A DNA stretch of 64,000 bases from the human T2T-CHM13v2.0 reference genome, Homo sapiens, in assembly GCF_009914755.1 (NCBI RefSeq), contig NC_060935.1. The stretch is one strand, 5' to 3'. This document shows, in pieces, positions 11,761 through 26,054 of the stretch (position 1 is its first letter; every line of letters begins with the position of its first letter). The translations under genes were made by a program, and so were the position numbers. Below the pieces are notes generated by a model that worked only from the letters and a program-made list of their open reading frames with translations, ran no database searches and was not told where the DNA came from.

Positions 11761-13368
11761 GTTAAAATTCGGGTTTTGCTTTCCCCGGATCAAGGAAAAA
11801 GTGTTCTCCCGGGCGCCTGGCGTGCAAGGACTCGGGCTCCAGGGGGCGGGTCTAGCTTCTTGTACACCTTTATTAGGAATGTTTATAGCAATCGCTGTAT
11901 CAGACCGACGACTGGAGAATCTCCCTTAAGAGGGTCCTCTGTCCCGCACACCGAGTGCATCTGGCCTAGCGAACCAGACGTTGCAAATTTCCGTCACTCA
12001 CCTTGCACCGAAGGAATAGATCTTTGGGAACGGGGGCTGTGCGGGAGTGGAGAGTAAGAAGGCAGGTCCCCGGATTGACAAAACAATCTGGGAGAAGTGC
12101 ATGCGTGCTTTGCACGTCCGGCGGAGCGGGAGAGCCCGCTCAACAGCCTAGCGGTAGACTCGGGGATAGTTGGAGAAGGCAGCCGTAGAGTCGGGTTCTG
12201 AGATTTTCCAGTCGGTCTTTTTGCGGCAGAATCTCGGGAAAGGTAGATCGAGGAGGGTATGCTCAGGCTCCTCCGCTTGTCGAGGGTCTCCTCCCTGGTT
12301 TTAATATATAGGTGTGTGTTGAATATATGTGTGAAATATTTGTAATATTAGATATTTAAGATTACACAACAACGGAAAAAATTAGTCAAGGCTTCAGGTG
12401 AAGAGCGGGGGTGGTGGGAGTTGGGGAGAGGGAGTGTGGTGAAGGCAGGGTCTGCCGTGTTCCTCCTTCGGGGCTCAAACCCTCTCACTCCTCCTCTGCG
12501 CCCCCAGCCCTTCCTAAGGAAGCTGGGGACCAACAGGTGCTCCGAGCTTCCCCTGTCTCTGGGAGAGCCTCTCCTGCTAAAGCGACTTGCATCTCCGGAC
12601 TCACTCTCCCTCCCCGAAATTCTCTTTGCTTTCTTTTCAGCCAGGCAGCCGGCTCTCTTGTTTGTCTGCTTTTTAATTACTTATTTTCTTCCCCTCTAGA
12701 AGATCGTGTGCGCTCTGACCCTCTGTTGCTCAAGCATCAAATTGAAGGACGAGCCATATTAAGTGTAAAGGTTTATAATAATTTAAGTATTCATAGAATG
12801 CAGAACAATAAGATGTAGGAAATACAATTTGCATAATAAATATCAATATCACAACAGCTAAAACAAACCATGACAAATTATCTGTGGCTAAATGACCAAG
12901 AGATTACTGAATGTAAATTGCTAAGTCTGAGCTATAGTCTAGAAGAGCTGCGCCAAATGACTTCCCCAGCCTTCTGTCCTCATCTTGCTATAAAATAAAT
13001 AAATAATACATATCAAAAAGGAAGTCATGATCTGCCAACCCACCAAATGAGTTACACTTAAAAACAGCCTCCTATTATCCATTATGCATAAACTAATTTC
13101 GAGACTGCCCGGTCTTCACAGCCCTGGATATTCTGCTCTGTAATTACAGGCCCCGATGCATGAACTGCAGGCAGTCCTTCAGAAGTGGGGAAAGCTCCAA
13201 CAGGAGAACAGCACTACAGGAGACAGGAAACCATTGCCACGTGGGTGCCAGGATAATGCCCAGTCTGCAAAGTCCTACCCGTTCTTACTACCTCTGGCAG
13301 TGAGGTACCTGGGTCGGACCAAATAGAGAGCAAAGTTCCACCAAAATTGGAATAAAAAAGTTAAGGCC

Positions 13369-13660
<292 letters not shown>

Positions 13661-13729
13661 GAAGTAAGGCCATATGTATGCTGAAAGTGATATGTAAACT
13701 ATAAAGGCAGGTCCTATATGGCAAGAATC

Positions 13730-13970
13730 CTGACACAGAGCCTGGCACATAGTAACATTATTATCTGCCGTTACTATTATTACTACTCTTGCATTCACTG
13801 AATTCTTAAGTATTCTACATGCAAAATCTCATTTAATACTTGAAACAATCCCCAAGGTACATACTATTATCTTTCATTTTATATTTTTTAAACATGATTA
13901 GAAAGATTAAGTAACTGCCCTAAGATTACAGTCTCTAACTTGCAGAAAGAGCCTATGCAATTAACCACTG
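13730..13970 (-). mobile_element. MIR/L2 remnants
   Basis: cctggcacatagt; ctcatttaatacttgaaacaatc..attaagtaactgccctaagattacag. Confidence 0.55.
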
Positions 13971-15263
13971 TGCCTTTCTAAATATCCGTAAAGTGAATGA
14001 ATAAATTTCACATTACAATGCATGAATAATAAGCAAAGGATAGCTACATTTTTAACATAAGATGAAAATATGCCAGCAACCCAGAAACATTTTTTTTTTT
14101 AACTAACAGAATTGCAGTATACTCCTAAGGAAAAACATTCCTCATGAAGCTGAATCTCCAGGAGAATCTAGCCAGGCCCCAGTCCTCCCACACTCGGAAC
14201 ACAGTATGGGGACATTGGAAGATGTAGGGTGTTTTCATCTCCCTTCATTCTCTTGGCACATCAAATGAACACCTACTCAAATTTCCAGTTGGCAAAGAAC
14301 AACATGGGACATTTCTGTAGGAAATGCTAATGTCGTATGATTTACCTCACTAGAGGAATGCAAATAGCTTTAGAAATTTCCACCAAAATGTCCCCTGTGC
14401 CATAAGGTTAAGGAACTTGCACGTACAATTCCCCAGGTAAAGAAACTGAGTCCTGGGGCACATTTAGACTGGGTCTACATGCAAGAAGCAGAGCAGAGAA
14501 TTTAGGATTAAGCTGTTTCTAGTCTATCCACTAGCCACACGCCTTTCCTACCCCCAGCTCCTTCACACTGAAGATCTCGCCAAGCAATTTAACATATGGA
14601 ACATGTGAAGAACGCATCAAATTCCCGCAGCCGCTAAGTACAAGTTATGACTACTCTGGCTTTCTCATAGTAAAGCTCGTCATTTTCTGCTTCATGGACT
14701 AGAACTCCTCGCCAACTACAAGTTCCAAAATTTTCCCCTTTGCTACATGGATTTAACCAATTTTGAAAACCAGATGGTGTTTTTGCCATTTATAACTGAT
14801 AATCAATTGTTTTGTGAATTTAATTTTTCAAGAAAGAACTGAAATACTTATCAGAATTACAATCTGGGTGCTTCTTGTGTTTGAATATAATTGCCAGAAG
14901 CACCAAGAGCCCAGGTTTTCCTTTTCTTTTTTTCCTTTTGTTGTTGTGAGAAACTTTAAAGAGCAAGAGTGAGAGCAAGAGAGAGAGAGACCTTATATTG
15001 TTTGCTTTCACTAAAACAGTTAAGAAACATGGATAAACATATATGAAAAATGATCATTAAAAGATGATTCATGTTTTGAGGATACATCAGAGACAATCAA
15101 TGAGAACTAGCAGCATCTCGCTTTGTAAAGGACTAATTATTTGAGTACCTAGGTATAAAAAGCAACAAAGACAAATGATTAGGGAAAAGAAAACAGTATT
15201 TGGAGTCAGCATTTGCCCCGCAGGTGGATTATTTAAGTACCTATAGAAAAGTGATTTAATCTC

Positions 15264-15644
15264 TATTACGGACTAAATGTTTTGTGTCTCCCCAAAATTC
15301 ATATGTTGAAGCTTAAACTCCCCCCATGTGATGGTGTTTAGGAGTGGGATCTTTGGGAGGTAATTAGATTTAGATGAGATTATGAAGGTGGGCCTCCATA
15401 CTGGGATCAAAGTCCTTATAAGAAGAGCAAGAGATACCAGAGTTCTGTCTTGCCGTGAGCATGCACCAAGGAAAGGCCAGGTGATCACACAGCAAGAAGG
15501 CAGCCCTGTGCAAGCCAGGAAGAGGGCCCTCATCAGAACCCAATGGTGCCTTCCAGCCCCCAGAAGAGCACAAAAATAAATTTCTGTTTTTTAAGCCACC
15601 CAGTCTACAGTATTTTCTTATATCCTCCTGAGCAGACTAAAGCA
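15264..15644 (+). mobile_element. MaLR solo LTR (MLT1A-type)
   Basis: ggactaaatgttttgtgtctccccaaaattcatatgttgaa...aaataaatttctgtttt..aagccacccagtcta...gactaaagca; TSD-like atctc/atcac. Confidence 0.85.
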
Positions 15645-16199
15645 ATCACTAAGCCTCAGCTGCCGTTTTCAAAAGGTGCATTAAAAGTATCATAAATGTC
15701 AGCTTTTGATAGAAAAGCATTCCATACATTCAAGTAAGTTAGCAATATATTAGAATATTGGACTAGATAGACTATTGGTCTCATTTAGTAGCTCTTATAT
15801 ACTTTGATTAAGATTAAGAAGCTCATCTTTAGGGGTATCAATCAGTCTATGAATCTTTATGAAATATGAAGCCAGCTAAATACATATTTCTAAATGTGTA
15901 AACAGTTTACCCAAAGGTTTATTCTTCTAGTGTCAGAGAGTTGACTGTACACTCTTGAATATCAAAAGTCAAATACCAATTTGAAGGAAAGTACTGAAGC
16001 AGGTTGCAGAAAAACCACACATGAACCAGATCAAGGAGCAGCCCCAATTCCCATGGAAGGGAATTTTCCATTGGGACTCAAGTCATCGTTTTTTCCAGTC
16101 AAATATCTAGGAATATATCCAGATATATGTGGCTGATCCAAATACGTATTCAGTAAAAGAAAAAACATTGTGGTGTACTTCCACTGAGCAGTCACCGTT

Positions 16200-17450
16200 A
16201 CATTTTGGGAATACAAAGGCAAATGAAAAACTGTAGCTACTGCCAAGGAACTCAGAGTATAGTTAGGGGAGGCAAAGTGCACCACAACTATCATATGTAA
16301 TAAATGTTTTTACAATATGTGCACACAGCTCTATGTGAACACAAAAAGGAGGCACCTACTCCGGAGGCAAGTATGAATATGTGTGTGTCTCAGAACATTT
16401 TCACACAGGAGAAATTCTTGAGCCAAGTCTTAGAATTTAAGTAAGAGTCCACAAGTTAGAGAGGGATATTATTGGGGCAGGGGGGAGGTGTGACGAGAGG
16501 GGAAGTCATTTACAAGGCCCAAAAGCTTGGGACAGCATCATGTATATTTGAGAAATTACAAATAGAATGGCCGGATGGCAGATTGTCAGAGGATGAGTGG
16601 CATGAAAGGAAGCTGGAAAAGATACACAGGGACTAGAGAATGTCTTGATTAACCTGCTAAAAAGTTTCAATATTTATAGGTAATTAGAACCCATTGGTCT
16701 GGGTGCAGTAGCTCACACCTGTAATCCCAGCACTTTGGGAGGCTGAGGCCAGTGGATCATTTGAGGGCAGGAGTTTGAGACCAGCCTGGCCAGCATGGTG
16801 AAACCCATCTCTACTGAAAATGCAAAAATTATCCGGGCATGGTGACACGTGCCTGTAATCCCATCTATTTGGGAGGCTGAGGCACGAGAATTGAGACTTG
16901 CTTGATACCTGGGAAGCAGAGGTTGCAGTGAGCCAAGATCATACCACTGCACTCCAGCCTAGCAGCCTGGGCAACACAGTGAGACTGTCTCAAAAAAAAA
17001 AAAAAATTGTACTTGCAGCATTGGAGTAGATGTTGGTGTCATTCATCCAAGACAGGTATGGGCACATGGGAAAGGTTGGTTTGATCGTTTGTTGTTTGTT
17101 TGGGGGATGGGTGCTGGAAAGAAGATAATTTTAACTTGGGGCAAGGAGGCTTTGAGATGCCTTTGAAATATTCAGCCAGACAACTTAGCTGGGAGTCAAG
17201 AGCATGTAGGTAGAAATTGAAGTCATGGACTTGAAGGAGGGGAGGAGAGTTTCACCCAGATAGAATATATTGAAGGACTTTAAACAAAATAAGCTAGGGG
17301 TACCACTATGATGAACACCAATTATTTAAGGAGTGGACGGAGCTTGAGAAGGAGGGACATGGGGATAGGAAAAGAATGAAAAGAGGAAGGAAGCCAAAGA
17401 GGGAAGATGCAAAGATTAACCATGCCAACTGCTCACAGAGAAGTCTGATG
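16200..17450 (-). mobile_element. Degenerate L2 interrupted by an Alu
   Basis: Purine-rich L2 antisense-type motifs (tttgagatgcctttgaaatattcag; gtagaaattgaagtcatgga) on both sides of the Alu. Confidence 0.55.
16696..17006 (+). mobile_element. AluS
   Basis: Full dimer with poly(A). Confidence 0.93.
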
Positions 17451-20400
17451 AATATATTTCACAAAGATTATCAAAGGTTAGCATTAGAGATCAGATCTTC
17501 TTATGCTAAGGTCTAGTATTTGATCACCTCACAGTCTACATAAACAGTTTGATTAAAGTTTGACAAAACAAGGAGAGGGATATGTGCTAATTTTGCTTAC
17601 CCTCCCAGTAGGGCAGGAAGATATGTTTGCTAGTGATTTTCTAATATGGAAGAAATAGCTTTAGAGTTTTTCAATTTGACATTCAATTTCATTGACACTG
17701 ACAGACAGCCTTGGGTGGGATAGAGGGATTGTGGCAACTGAGGTAACTCAACTAATTATCACATATAGACCTTAGTTTTTATTTCCAAACTAAAATGTGA
17801 TTGGTTATGATACTGTAAAAGTTTTCTTCCATACTTTAGAAGTAATATATTCCTGATATGATATCATAATTGTCAGATGAGGCTTTGTGATAATTCCATA
17901 GCAGTACCGCACAACTTCCCAGGCAGCAGGATTTCAGCAAGATCCATTAAAAAAACAGATATTGATATCTATAGATTTTCATAAAGCTGCAAATATAAAA
18001 TAGCCATATTATGAATATGAGATTGTATCACTCATGCTGCTAAAAGATGACAATGGTAATATAACTTTTTGTAATATGGGTTGTAAACAGGACAAGTTCT
18101 GAATAGAAATTGTCTCAATAATTTATCTTGCCGTCCCAAACAGGAAAACGTTTTAGGAGAATGTTCTCAAAAACCAATCACTGGGGCCTTATGATGGCCC
18201 TGTCCAACTTTTCATGCTTGTTCCCCTGGTTTCAAATGAAACTTAAATTTTTCAACTGCATTTTGAACTGGAGATTCAACTTTTGTTTTTTCCTTCTTTC
18301 TGGTTGTCCCTGCCTGACTAGTGGGCAACTTAGATATTTATATTTTTGCACCAAAGTGTCTATATTTTTTCATTCTTCAAACTCTGTCAATATAAATCAG
18401 ACTATTGTCTGACTCTGTAATGAACAACAAACCCTAAATTTCCAAAGGACTGCATGTAGTTTAGCAATGCAACTCACATTAAAATCAATGCCTCGCTAAA
18501 TCCCATGTAACTCTTTGAAAATGTAGGGGTTTGTCAAAAGGGTTCCAGAAGAGGAATAATCATCTTACTCTTTTGCAGATTTAAGTATTGCAAGTTCTGT
18601 CTTTTTCTTTTTTAAAAGTTACTTTGGCTCTCCAAGGATGCCTCTCTATCAGCTAGCAGGAACCCCACGTGGTGCTTTGAATATCTTCTTTTACCGGTCC
18701 CCAGACTGTGAAGAACTGAAGTTCAGTTTGTTTAAAGATCATGTTTTGAAGAAAAGCAACGCTTAATTTCAGTCTTTCATGTTCACTGACAGCATTGTCA
18801 CTTGCTAAGCTATTTCTCTAAGACTTTGGTTACAGTACTATATCTTTCTATATATTTTATTTATGTGGCTTGGTCTGTGATGAATAACACATTTATGCAA
18901 AAATCTCAATATATCTACAAGATGCCAATAAACAGAATGGGCATACTCTCCTATAGTGCAGTTAATAAAATACAGTAAATAGCATATAGTTTCAGAGGCA
19001 ATTAGTAGAGTTTGTGGCTCCAATTACAAAAAAAAAAGCCCTTATGATTTCTAATAATTGTTATTTATCTTTCCTCTGAAGTGGTCCTCTTGTCTGTGTC
19101 AGCTGTGGCCTAGAAACAGCATTGCCAGTGGGGAAGGTATATAGTGGCTGCTCACCACACTAGGATGAGAAAGAGAAATTGAGGATCAGGACCCTAGAGC
19201 TAACTACTCTTCTTGGAGAGCTACTCCATGGGGCTTTGGATTGATCTTATTCTGCTCTGCCATCCACTCATGTCCTCCCACCAGGGTCAATTACCTGGCT
19301 TCCCAGTTCACACAGCCAACCTGAACAGTATATTTTGCTTGCTAATGTGAAGGAGAGAAAATCTCATGAAGTCAATTCAAACTTAGAAAGGGTTAGCAAT
19401 CCCAAGTTGGTAAGGTGTCTGGCATATTAGTCTTCTAAAGATGCATTTTGTAAAGCATGATCATCTTAGCACCAGGTGCCACCAACTCACTCCATGCTAG
19501 TTTAATACCTGTTTGATCATGAAGCAAGCCCAAGGGAGGCTCCCAGGTCATTTGTCCACTGTTCTGTCTCGAAGCAGTGCCAATGGATCAATGTCCTGCT
19601 CCTAAAGAATCTCCCAAGTAGGCTAAGATTTGATATCCACAGAACCCAGGAACATTGTGCATGCTTGATATTTAAATGACTCTGCCCCTCTTCTCAAACT
19701 TACAAGGTATCCATCACACTTATATTCAGGATAACAATGTTACGCTGGTAAATTACATGTGTTCAGCATCTACTGCAAATAGAATTTCTGATTTACAATT
19801 TACAAAATTATCTCTTCCACCCTCTGGGTTTACATTGTGGCTCATCCAGAGGCTTTTATTCAATATGTGTTTTGTTATGAAGATGCAAAAGAAAAATGGA
19901 AAGCCCCCCGCTTTTCTTTTCCCCCTCCTCCATCGAATGCACTAATAAAGCAAAGTTTTTTGATTTAGAAGAAATCCTACTGAGGTCCTAAAGGGGTGTC
20001 ATCACAGTAAAATCACTTCTTCATTATCTGATTCTTTTCCCAATTGGCAGTGCTTTACAGAGAGCCATATTCTTTCAAAACCAATGATAAAGGGGTATTT
20101 GGAATAAACAGAAGAGCCCCTAGTCAATGAATACCTCAGATTGCCATGGATTGTGACTTTTAAAGCCAGTTCCAAGGAACTCAGCCTTTTTATCTTCAAA
20201 TGTTCAAAATTAATTGCTGAGCCATACAGATGGGTTTTCTCCCTTCACTAAAATTGTCTTTAAAATCACTGAGGTTTAGACTGTGCTTTCCGTGCAGAAG
20301 CAGAGGGGCGGTTATTTCTAATGTTTTCTTCTTCCTTTTTTATGATATCATTGATTTATTTATTTTAAATAATCGAGAAAAAGAGATGTTTTTGCAGAGG

Positions 20401-22057
20401 GCAAGAGGGCTGAAGCTAATGTACAACCATCTAGTACACAACACCAGTTCAACTCAATTATCTGGGGTCTGGGGAGACTCCAACCTGCCCATTTCTGTTT
20501 CTCAGAGGCAGGTTAAAAATCACCCAAATGGAACTGGTTTGCCGAATCAGGTTACAGTGGCCGATTCCATATTCTCATCATTTTTGAAAGATTGCTCTTC
20601 AACTCTGAAAGGCATTGCAAATAAACACACAAAAAAGAAAAAAATCCACTTTCTCCCTGGAAAGATACAACCTTAAGGTAGCTTAGCACTTAGACCCTAG
20701 CCTTTCCTGCAAAGTTCAAAAACTCAGAATCCCTGAAAGGACACTCATGGACACCTAGAAGTCACAGTAGAAAGACTATGACCATAGCCCGCTACTCACT
20801 AATAAACAGTCTTTTTATTTCAGGAATTTTATTGGATGTCTTTTTAGGTGTCTAGACCACTATAAAATCCATCATTTATAAGCATTTTGCATTTCAGTTA
20901 AGCCCTCTACTCTTGAAGGAATTATCATTTTTCTGAAGGTTAGTGGCTCATTCTCTTCACAATTAAGCTTATTTATTATTAAGGGAAAAGAAGCAAAAAG
21001 GAGAACAGGAATAAATTAATATTTTTAGAAACTATGTGCCAGGAAATGTGTTAGCTTGCCTTAAATGCATAATCTTTTTTTTTTTTTAGAAGCTCCCCCT
21101 TTTCTTCCCTCACTGATAAGCGTATCATATAAAAGGCCCTTTCTGGCAGAAAAATTTGAAATCGGCTTATTCCGATTCTAAAAAAGTTAAAGGGACATTA
21201 TTTGAATTTTTGCTGAAGGGTTCCAGATCGTCAAACTACTTCACTGGATAAAAGGAATAATAGAGATAGGATCTGTATTCAAATGCTATATTACTATTTT
21301 TTCTTCATTAGTTTGAAATGCATTTTGACAAAGGTATACAAATTTTAATCAGAGCTGAGAAGTATGGAATAAGAGAGAGAAGCATCAATATCTCCCTCAA
21401 GGTTTAAGATATTTTTTTCCCAATATCTCTCTTCATGAAGCTCAAATGTTGAATGGACCTGCCTTCATCTTTCTTTACAATTGCCTTCCTGGGTATTTTA
21501 AAATTAATCAGTCAAGCAAATATTTATGACCAATATACTATGTTAGGCACCAAGAAAGTTACAAAGATGTAAAGACATGATCTCTTATCTCATGTTGAGA
21601 TAATTATAAATTATCTCAAATAATTTATAATCAAGTTAAAGAGGCAAGATCTGTGAAAAGTTAACTTATAGCTCAAGGCTATATATGAGAAGCTTCTAAT
21701 AGGTAGAGGAAAAGGCTATGCAAATATAGTAAAATCCCCTTAAACAATTCCTTATGGTACAGATTTAATTACATCAATAATCAGCTTATGTACCTTATAC
21801 TAACAAAATCAAAAGATCTTATATGACATAATTGACAATAAATACAAATAAATCTCAAAAAACAAGACTACGTGTATACATTCAAATAATATACCTACTT
21901 ATATTGCTGCCTTGTTATTCTGAATTGTCAATCTGAAAAAGAAAAAACTGGATGCTAAATTTGCATATAATTTCACTTCATATAAAAAGGTACCTTCTTG
22001 TTTCATGCCTTTTTCTCACTTCCTTCCCGCCATTGAAAACTCAAAGGTCACGCACAG

Positions 22058-22560
22058 TGTCAGGCTGAATAATGCTCTTTTTCCCCCACAAAAAAAATTC
22101 AGCTTCTAATTCCTGGCCCCTGTGAATGTTACCTTGTATGGAAAAGGAGTTTTTGCAGCTGTGATTAAGTTAAGGATCTTGTGATGGGCTATCCAGGTGG
22201 GCTCTATGTGCCATCACAATTATCTTTATAAGAAGGAGGCAGAGGAAGACTTGATATACACACAGACACAGAAGAGATGGTGAAGATGGAGCAGAGATTT
22301 AAAGATGCTGGCCTTGAAGATTGGAATGACATGGCCACAGACCAAGAAATATCAGCAGCCATGAGAGGCTGGAAGAGGCAAAGAGCAAATTCTCCCATAG
22401 AGCCTCTGGAGGCTGAGCAGCTCTGCTGACACCTTGATTTTGGCCCAGTGGTGCTGATTTTAGATTTTTGGTCTCCAGAACTGCAAAAGAATAAACTTCT
22501 CTTGTTGTAAGCCACCGACTTTGTGGTGTTTGATATAGCAGCCTTAAGAAAGCAAATATA
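22058..22560 (+). mobile_element. MaLR solo LTR (MLT1C/D-type)
   Basis: tgtgaatgttaccttgtatggaaaagg..gtgattaagttaaggatcttg..ctccagaactgcaaaagaataaac..taagccac. Confidence 0.85.
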
Positions 22561-23429
22561 GACACTAATGTTTATTGAGTGTTCACTATGAACTATTCTA
22601 TATGAAACATCTCATTTAAGTCTTGTAACAACTATTATTATTAGGATGAGGGAATTGCAGCTCAAAAAGGTGAGAGCAACTTGCAAAGATTTATCTCACT
22701 TCAAACAAAGCCCATGCCCTTTACACAGTGCTATATTTTCTCAACACCTTTTTCCGTTTGTCTGTTATTCTCATGTCACGTTAAGATAACCCAGGCTGAC
22801 ATGAAGTATAACCAGCTTCAACATGTATGTGTATGGATTTCTTTCTTTTTTGTGTGCTCCACAGGTTCCATTCTAATCCAACAGATACTCTCAGAACCTT
22901 AGTTTGAAACAAAACAAAAAGCACCATTGCCCTCTTGCTGTGGAACCTGGCAGTGATTTGTCCCTAAGGGTCACCCTTTGGAACATGTCCTAATAGCTTC
23001 ACCCCTACCTGCCTGGGGAAGTCATATCTCAGCCCTAGATTGAAAATTTCTTCCTGTCTATTGCTGCAAACACACAAATCTGATCACAGTGTGTGCTGCT
23101 AGTTAGCATTTTGGAAATGGAGGCTTTCTCATGGAGAAGAGGGATAGGGAGAGGTAGGGAGGGAGAAAGTTAATCTTGTCTCTCTTTCCTCTTCGTCTCT
23201 TTGATGGCTGCCCTGGTCTTTGAAGTTGGGTAAATACACAGCATGGTGGGAGGGGATGCCAGCTGCCCAGACACCACTGGCAGAAGACCGAGGAGCGGTT
23301 GCCTTCCCTCCCCAGCCTGGGAGGTGTGCCCTATTGCAGCATTTTTTGCCTGGGGTATTCCACATTGAGAGCTTCCAAGTAACGAATCCCACCCGGTATC
23401 CTGGTGGTGAGGCCTTAAGCAGGATCAGC

Positions 23430-23567
23430 TCTGGACAAGAGTTTTATGACTCTTAGCATTGTCTTCTCACCCTATATTCCCCTCTCCAGGTCATTATCTG
23501 GACAAGAGTTTTATGACTCTTAGCATTGTCTTCTCACCCTTTATTCCCTTCTCCAGGTCATTATCTG
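23430..23567. repeat. 67-bp tandem duplication (2 copies)
   Basis: 23430-23496 and 23497-23563 differ at 2 positions; TCTG at the junctions. Confidence 0.95.
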
Positions 23568-24326
23568 TGATGAAAAAAAAAAACTGGGAAAGGCCATCTG
23601 TCTCCTTCTTTTTGTTTCTTTACACCCTCTTCTCTGTGTCACTTCCTTTCCAAATTCTTTTGCAATTTCAGGGGCTGACCTCTCTACCTCTTCTTTTTTC
23701 TTTCTATTAAAATGTTAACCTTCTACATGGCCTAGTCAAGCCACAAGCATTCATTAAGCACCTACAGTGTACAATGCACTAGAGTTTGTGCTGTAATAAG
23801 GCTTAGCTTGGTGCCAAGGAAGTAAGCCACAGCAGCTGCATGGAAAGGACAACAAGCAAGTAGCAAAGTGCTGTGAGTAGAATCCAGCTCAGCCTTTCCT
23901 TCAGAAAAGAAGAAAAATCTTTCAGAGGATAACTGTCTACTGCAGCAGACATGCATAAATGCCATCAAAAGAATCCAGAAGACTGCAAAAGAGATCCCAG
24001 GAGATCTTACTGACCAAATGATTGGAAACAGCCAAAGGTGGAGATAAGAAAGTGGAGACAAAACAAAATTCGAAAGAGGTAGCTTTGAAAGGAAGAAAGA
24101 AATGGAGACTCTAGCAAGGCAACTAGTTAAGACTCTATGAAGGAATTGAGGAAGGGGCCATGCTTAGCAAGCCACAAGATTAGGAAGAAACAATTACAAA
24201 AAAGAGGTCTTCTCACAAAGAAGGCAAGCATCAGCCATGAACAAGCTCAAGTGAAAACTTCTGAGGCTGTTTTTGGATCCTATTAGGTACTGCCTTCCTC
24301 TCCTTGGGGACTCACCTGAAAATTCA

Positions 24327-24630
24327 TATTTATTTATTTATTTTAAAGAGACTGGGTCTAGTTCTGTTGCCCAGGCTGGAGCAAAGAGGCACGATCACAG
24401 CTCACTGCAGCCTTGACCTCCTGGCTGCAAGCAATTCTCCTGCCCCAGCCTCCTGTGTAGCTGGGACTATAGGTGTAAGCCACCATGCCCAGCTTATTTT
24501 AAAAATGTTTTGTAGAGATAAGATGTTGCTATGTTGCCCAGGCTTGTCTTGAACTTCTGGCCTCAAGCCATCTTCCTACCTCAGCCTCCCAAAGCACTAG
24601 GATTATAGGCACAAGCCATTACACCCAGCC
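24327..24630 (-). mobile_element. AluJ
   Basis: Diverged antisense dimer with (TTTA)n tail. Confidence 0.9.
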
Positions 24631-25487
24631 TGAAAACGCTTTTTTTTGAAGAAGCTTTCCTAGTTTAAGGAAGCAATATCAATATGGCTACTATGTATAA
24701 TGATAATAATTAAAATTTATTGAACAATTACCATGTACATGCCAGGGTTTATGCTAAGTGCTATATCAAAATAATACTTTCTGTACTAGGGTTATACTAT
24801 TATTACCCACATTCCCCAGATAAGGAAACTGTAGATTGGGAATATTAAGTAGTTTACCCAAGGTAACCATTAGGAAGTGGCAGACCCAACCGGAAACCAA
24901 CTAGGAACTTGGACTAATTCTGAAGTCCATGTTATATGCCAAAGATATGGTAAGTAATATGGGTATGTGCCCACATGTGTGCACACACACACACCATCTA
25001 GCATCATGTTTATGGTAGGGTTCTCTGTAATACCTCTTCGGTTTTCTTCAAATCCCCTGATGCCATGACATGGCTTCAACCAATGTCTTTCTGCTGTTCT
25101 TTCTAGAAATGCTGGTCGGTTGTCCTAGGAGGCATTAATGCTTATCATGCCCTCCATAACATAAAAGTATCAACTCATCTGTAATTCCCTGTTTTCTGGA
25201 CCATTTCTTTGAACACACCTTGATTTTCTGGGAAGGCTTTGTTTTAATACTCAACCTAATACTCATCCTCTTTGCCCCGGGGTAAAGCCGGCATATTACG
25301 TGCACGATTTTTTTAGTCTTTGAGAGTCAAAACCAGTTGCCAGAATACAAAATGAAATAACAAAAGAGAAGCTATAGGTTTCTTTATATGACAATGAAGA
25401 GCTCAATGGCTGACTGCACTGCAGTCTGGTGCCTTTATAGTTCCTGGCTGAGAATGGACTGTCTGCCATGTTAGCTCAACAGTGCTC

Positions 25488-25797
25488 AGTGCCTCTTAAA
25501 CTTGAACATGCATCAGAATCATCCAGAGGGCTTGTTAAAGCACAGATGACTGGAGCTTCTAGATAGCCAAACATGTGGAGGTTCCTGGAGGGTGGTGCAC
25601 CAAGGGAGGACATGGAAGCTCGGCGCCCCTTCCCTCCACTACCCCAACAAAATACCAGAAGACTGAGTCTTACTCCCTGAGTTCTTGATTCAGTAGTGTG
25701 GGGTGGGGCTCTAGAATCTGCATTTCTGATCTACCAAGTCCCCAAGTGATGCCGAGACTGACTGCTGACCTCAGTGGCACATTTTAAAAACCACTGG
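25488..25797 (+). mobile_element. MER5A (hAT-Charlie) split by a short MER21-like LTR fragment (~25553-25640)
   Basis: tgcatcagaatcatccagagggcttgttaaa...tgattcagtag..ggggtgggg..agaatctgcatttct..aaccactg; the insert gagcttc..atgtggaggttcctggagggtggtgc..catggaagctcggcgcccct is MER21-like. Confidence 0.7.
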
Positions 25798-26054
25798 TAT
25801 CAAGAAATTGATTTAGAACTAAATAATGTTAGAACTAATCTGGGTTGCATGGGACAGTGCTAAATGGGGGTCTATCTATATATCCATATATCCATATATA
25901 TCTCGTATATCTACATTTATATATACGTATGTGCATATATCACAACATATGTGAATATGAATTTATAACCGTTCAAAACATGCTTAGCCAGATCATTTCT
26001 CTTTATCCACATAATTTCCTCCATGGAGTAGCATTCATTATGACATTGTGTGTC

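Larger units (their letters stand above)
9780..12290. promoter_or_regulatory. CADM1: CpG island spanning the CADM1 promoter, exon 1 and start of intron 1
   Basis: Abrupt rise in GC content and CpG density relative to the AT-rich, CpG-depleted flanks. Confidence 0.93.

Noticed and set aside
9739-12057. Many long overlapping ORFs (188-350 aa) on both strands of the CpG island
   Set aside because: These are Arg/Pro/Gly/Ala-rich translations expected from stop-poor GC-rich DNA, with no recognisable domain. The real coding sequence is the 124-nt CADM1 exon.
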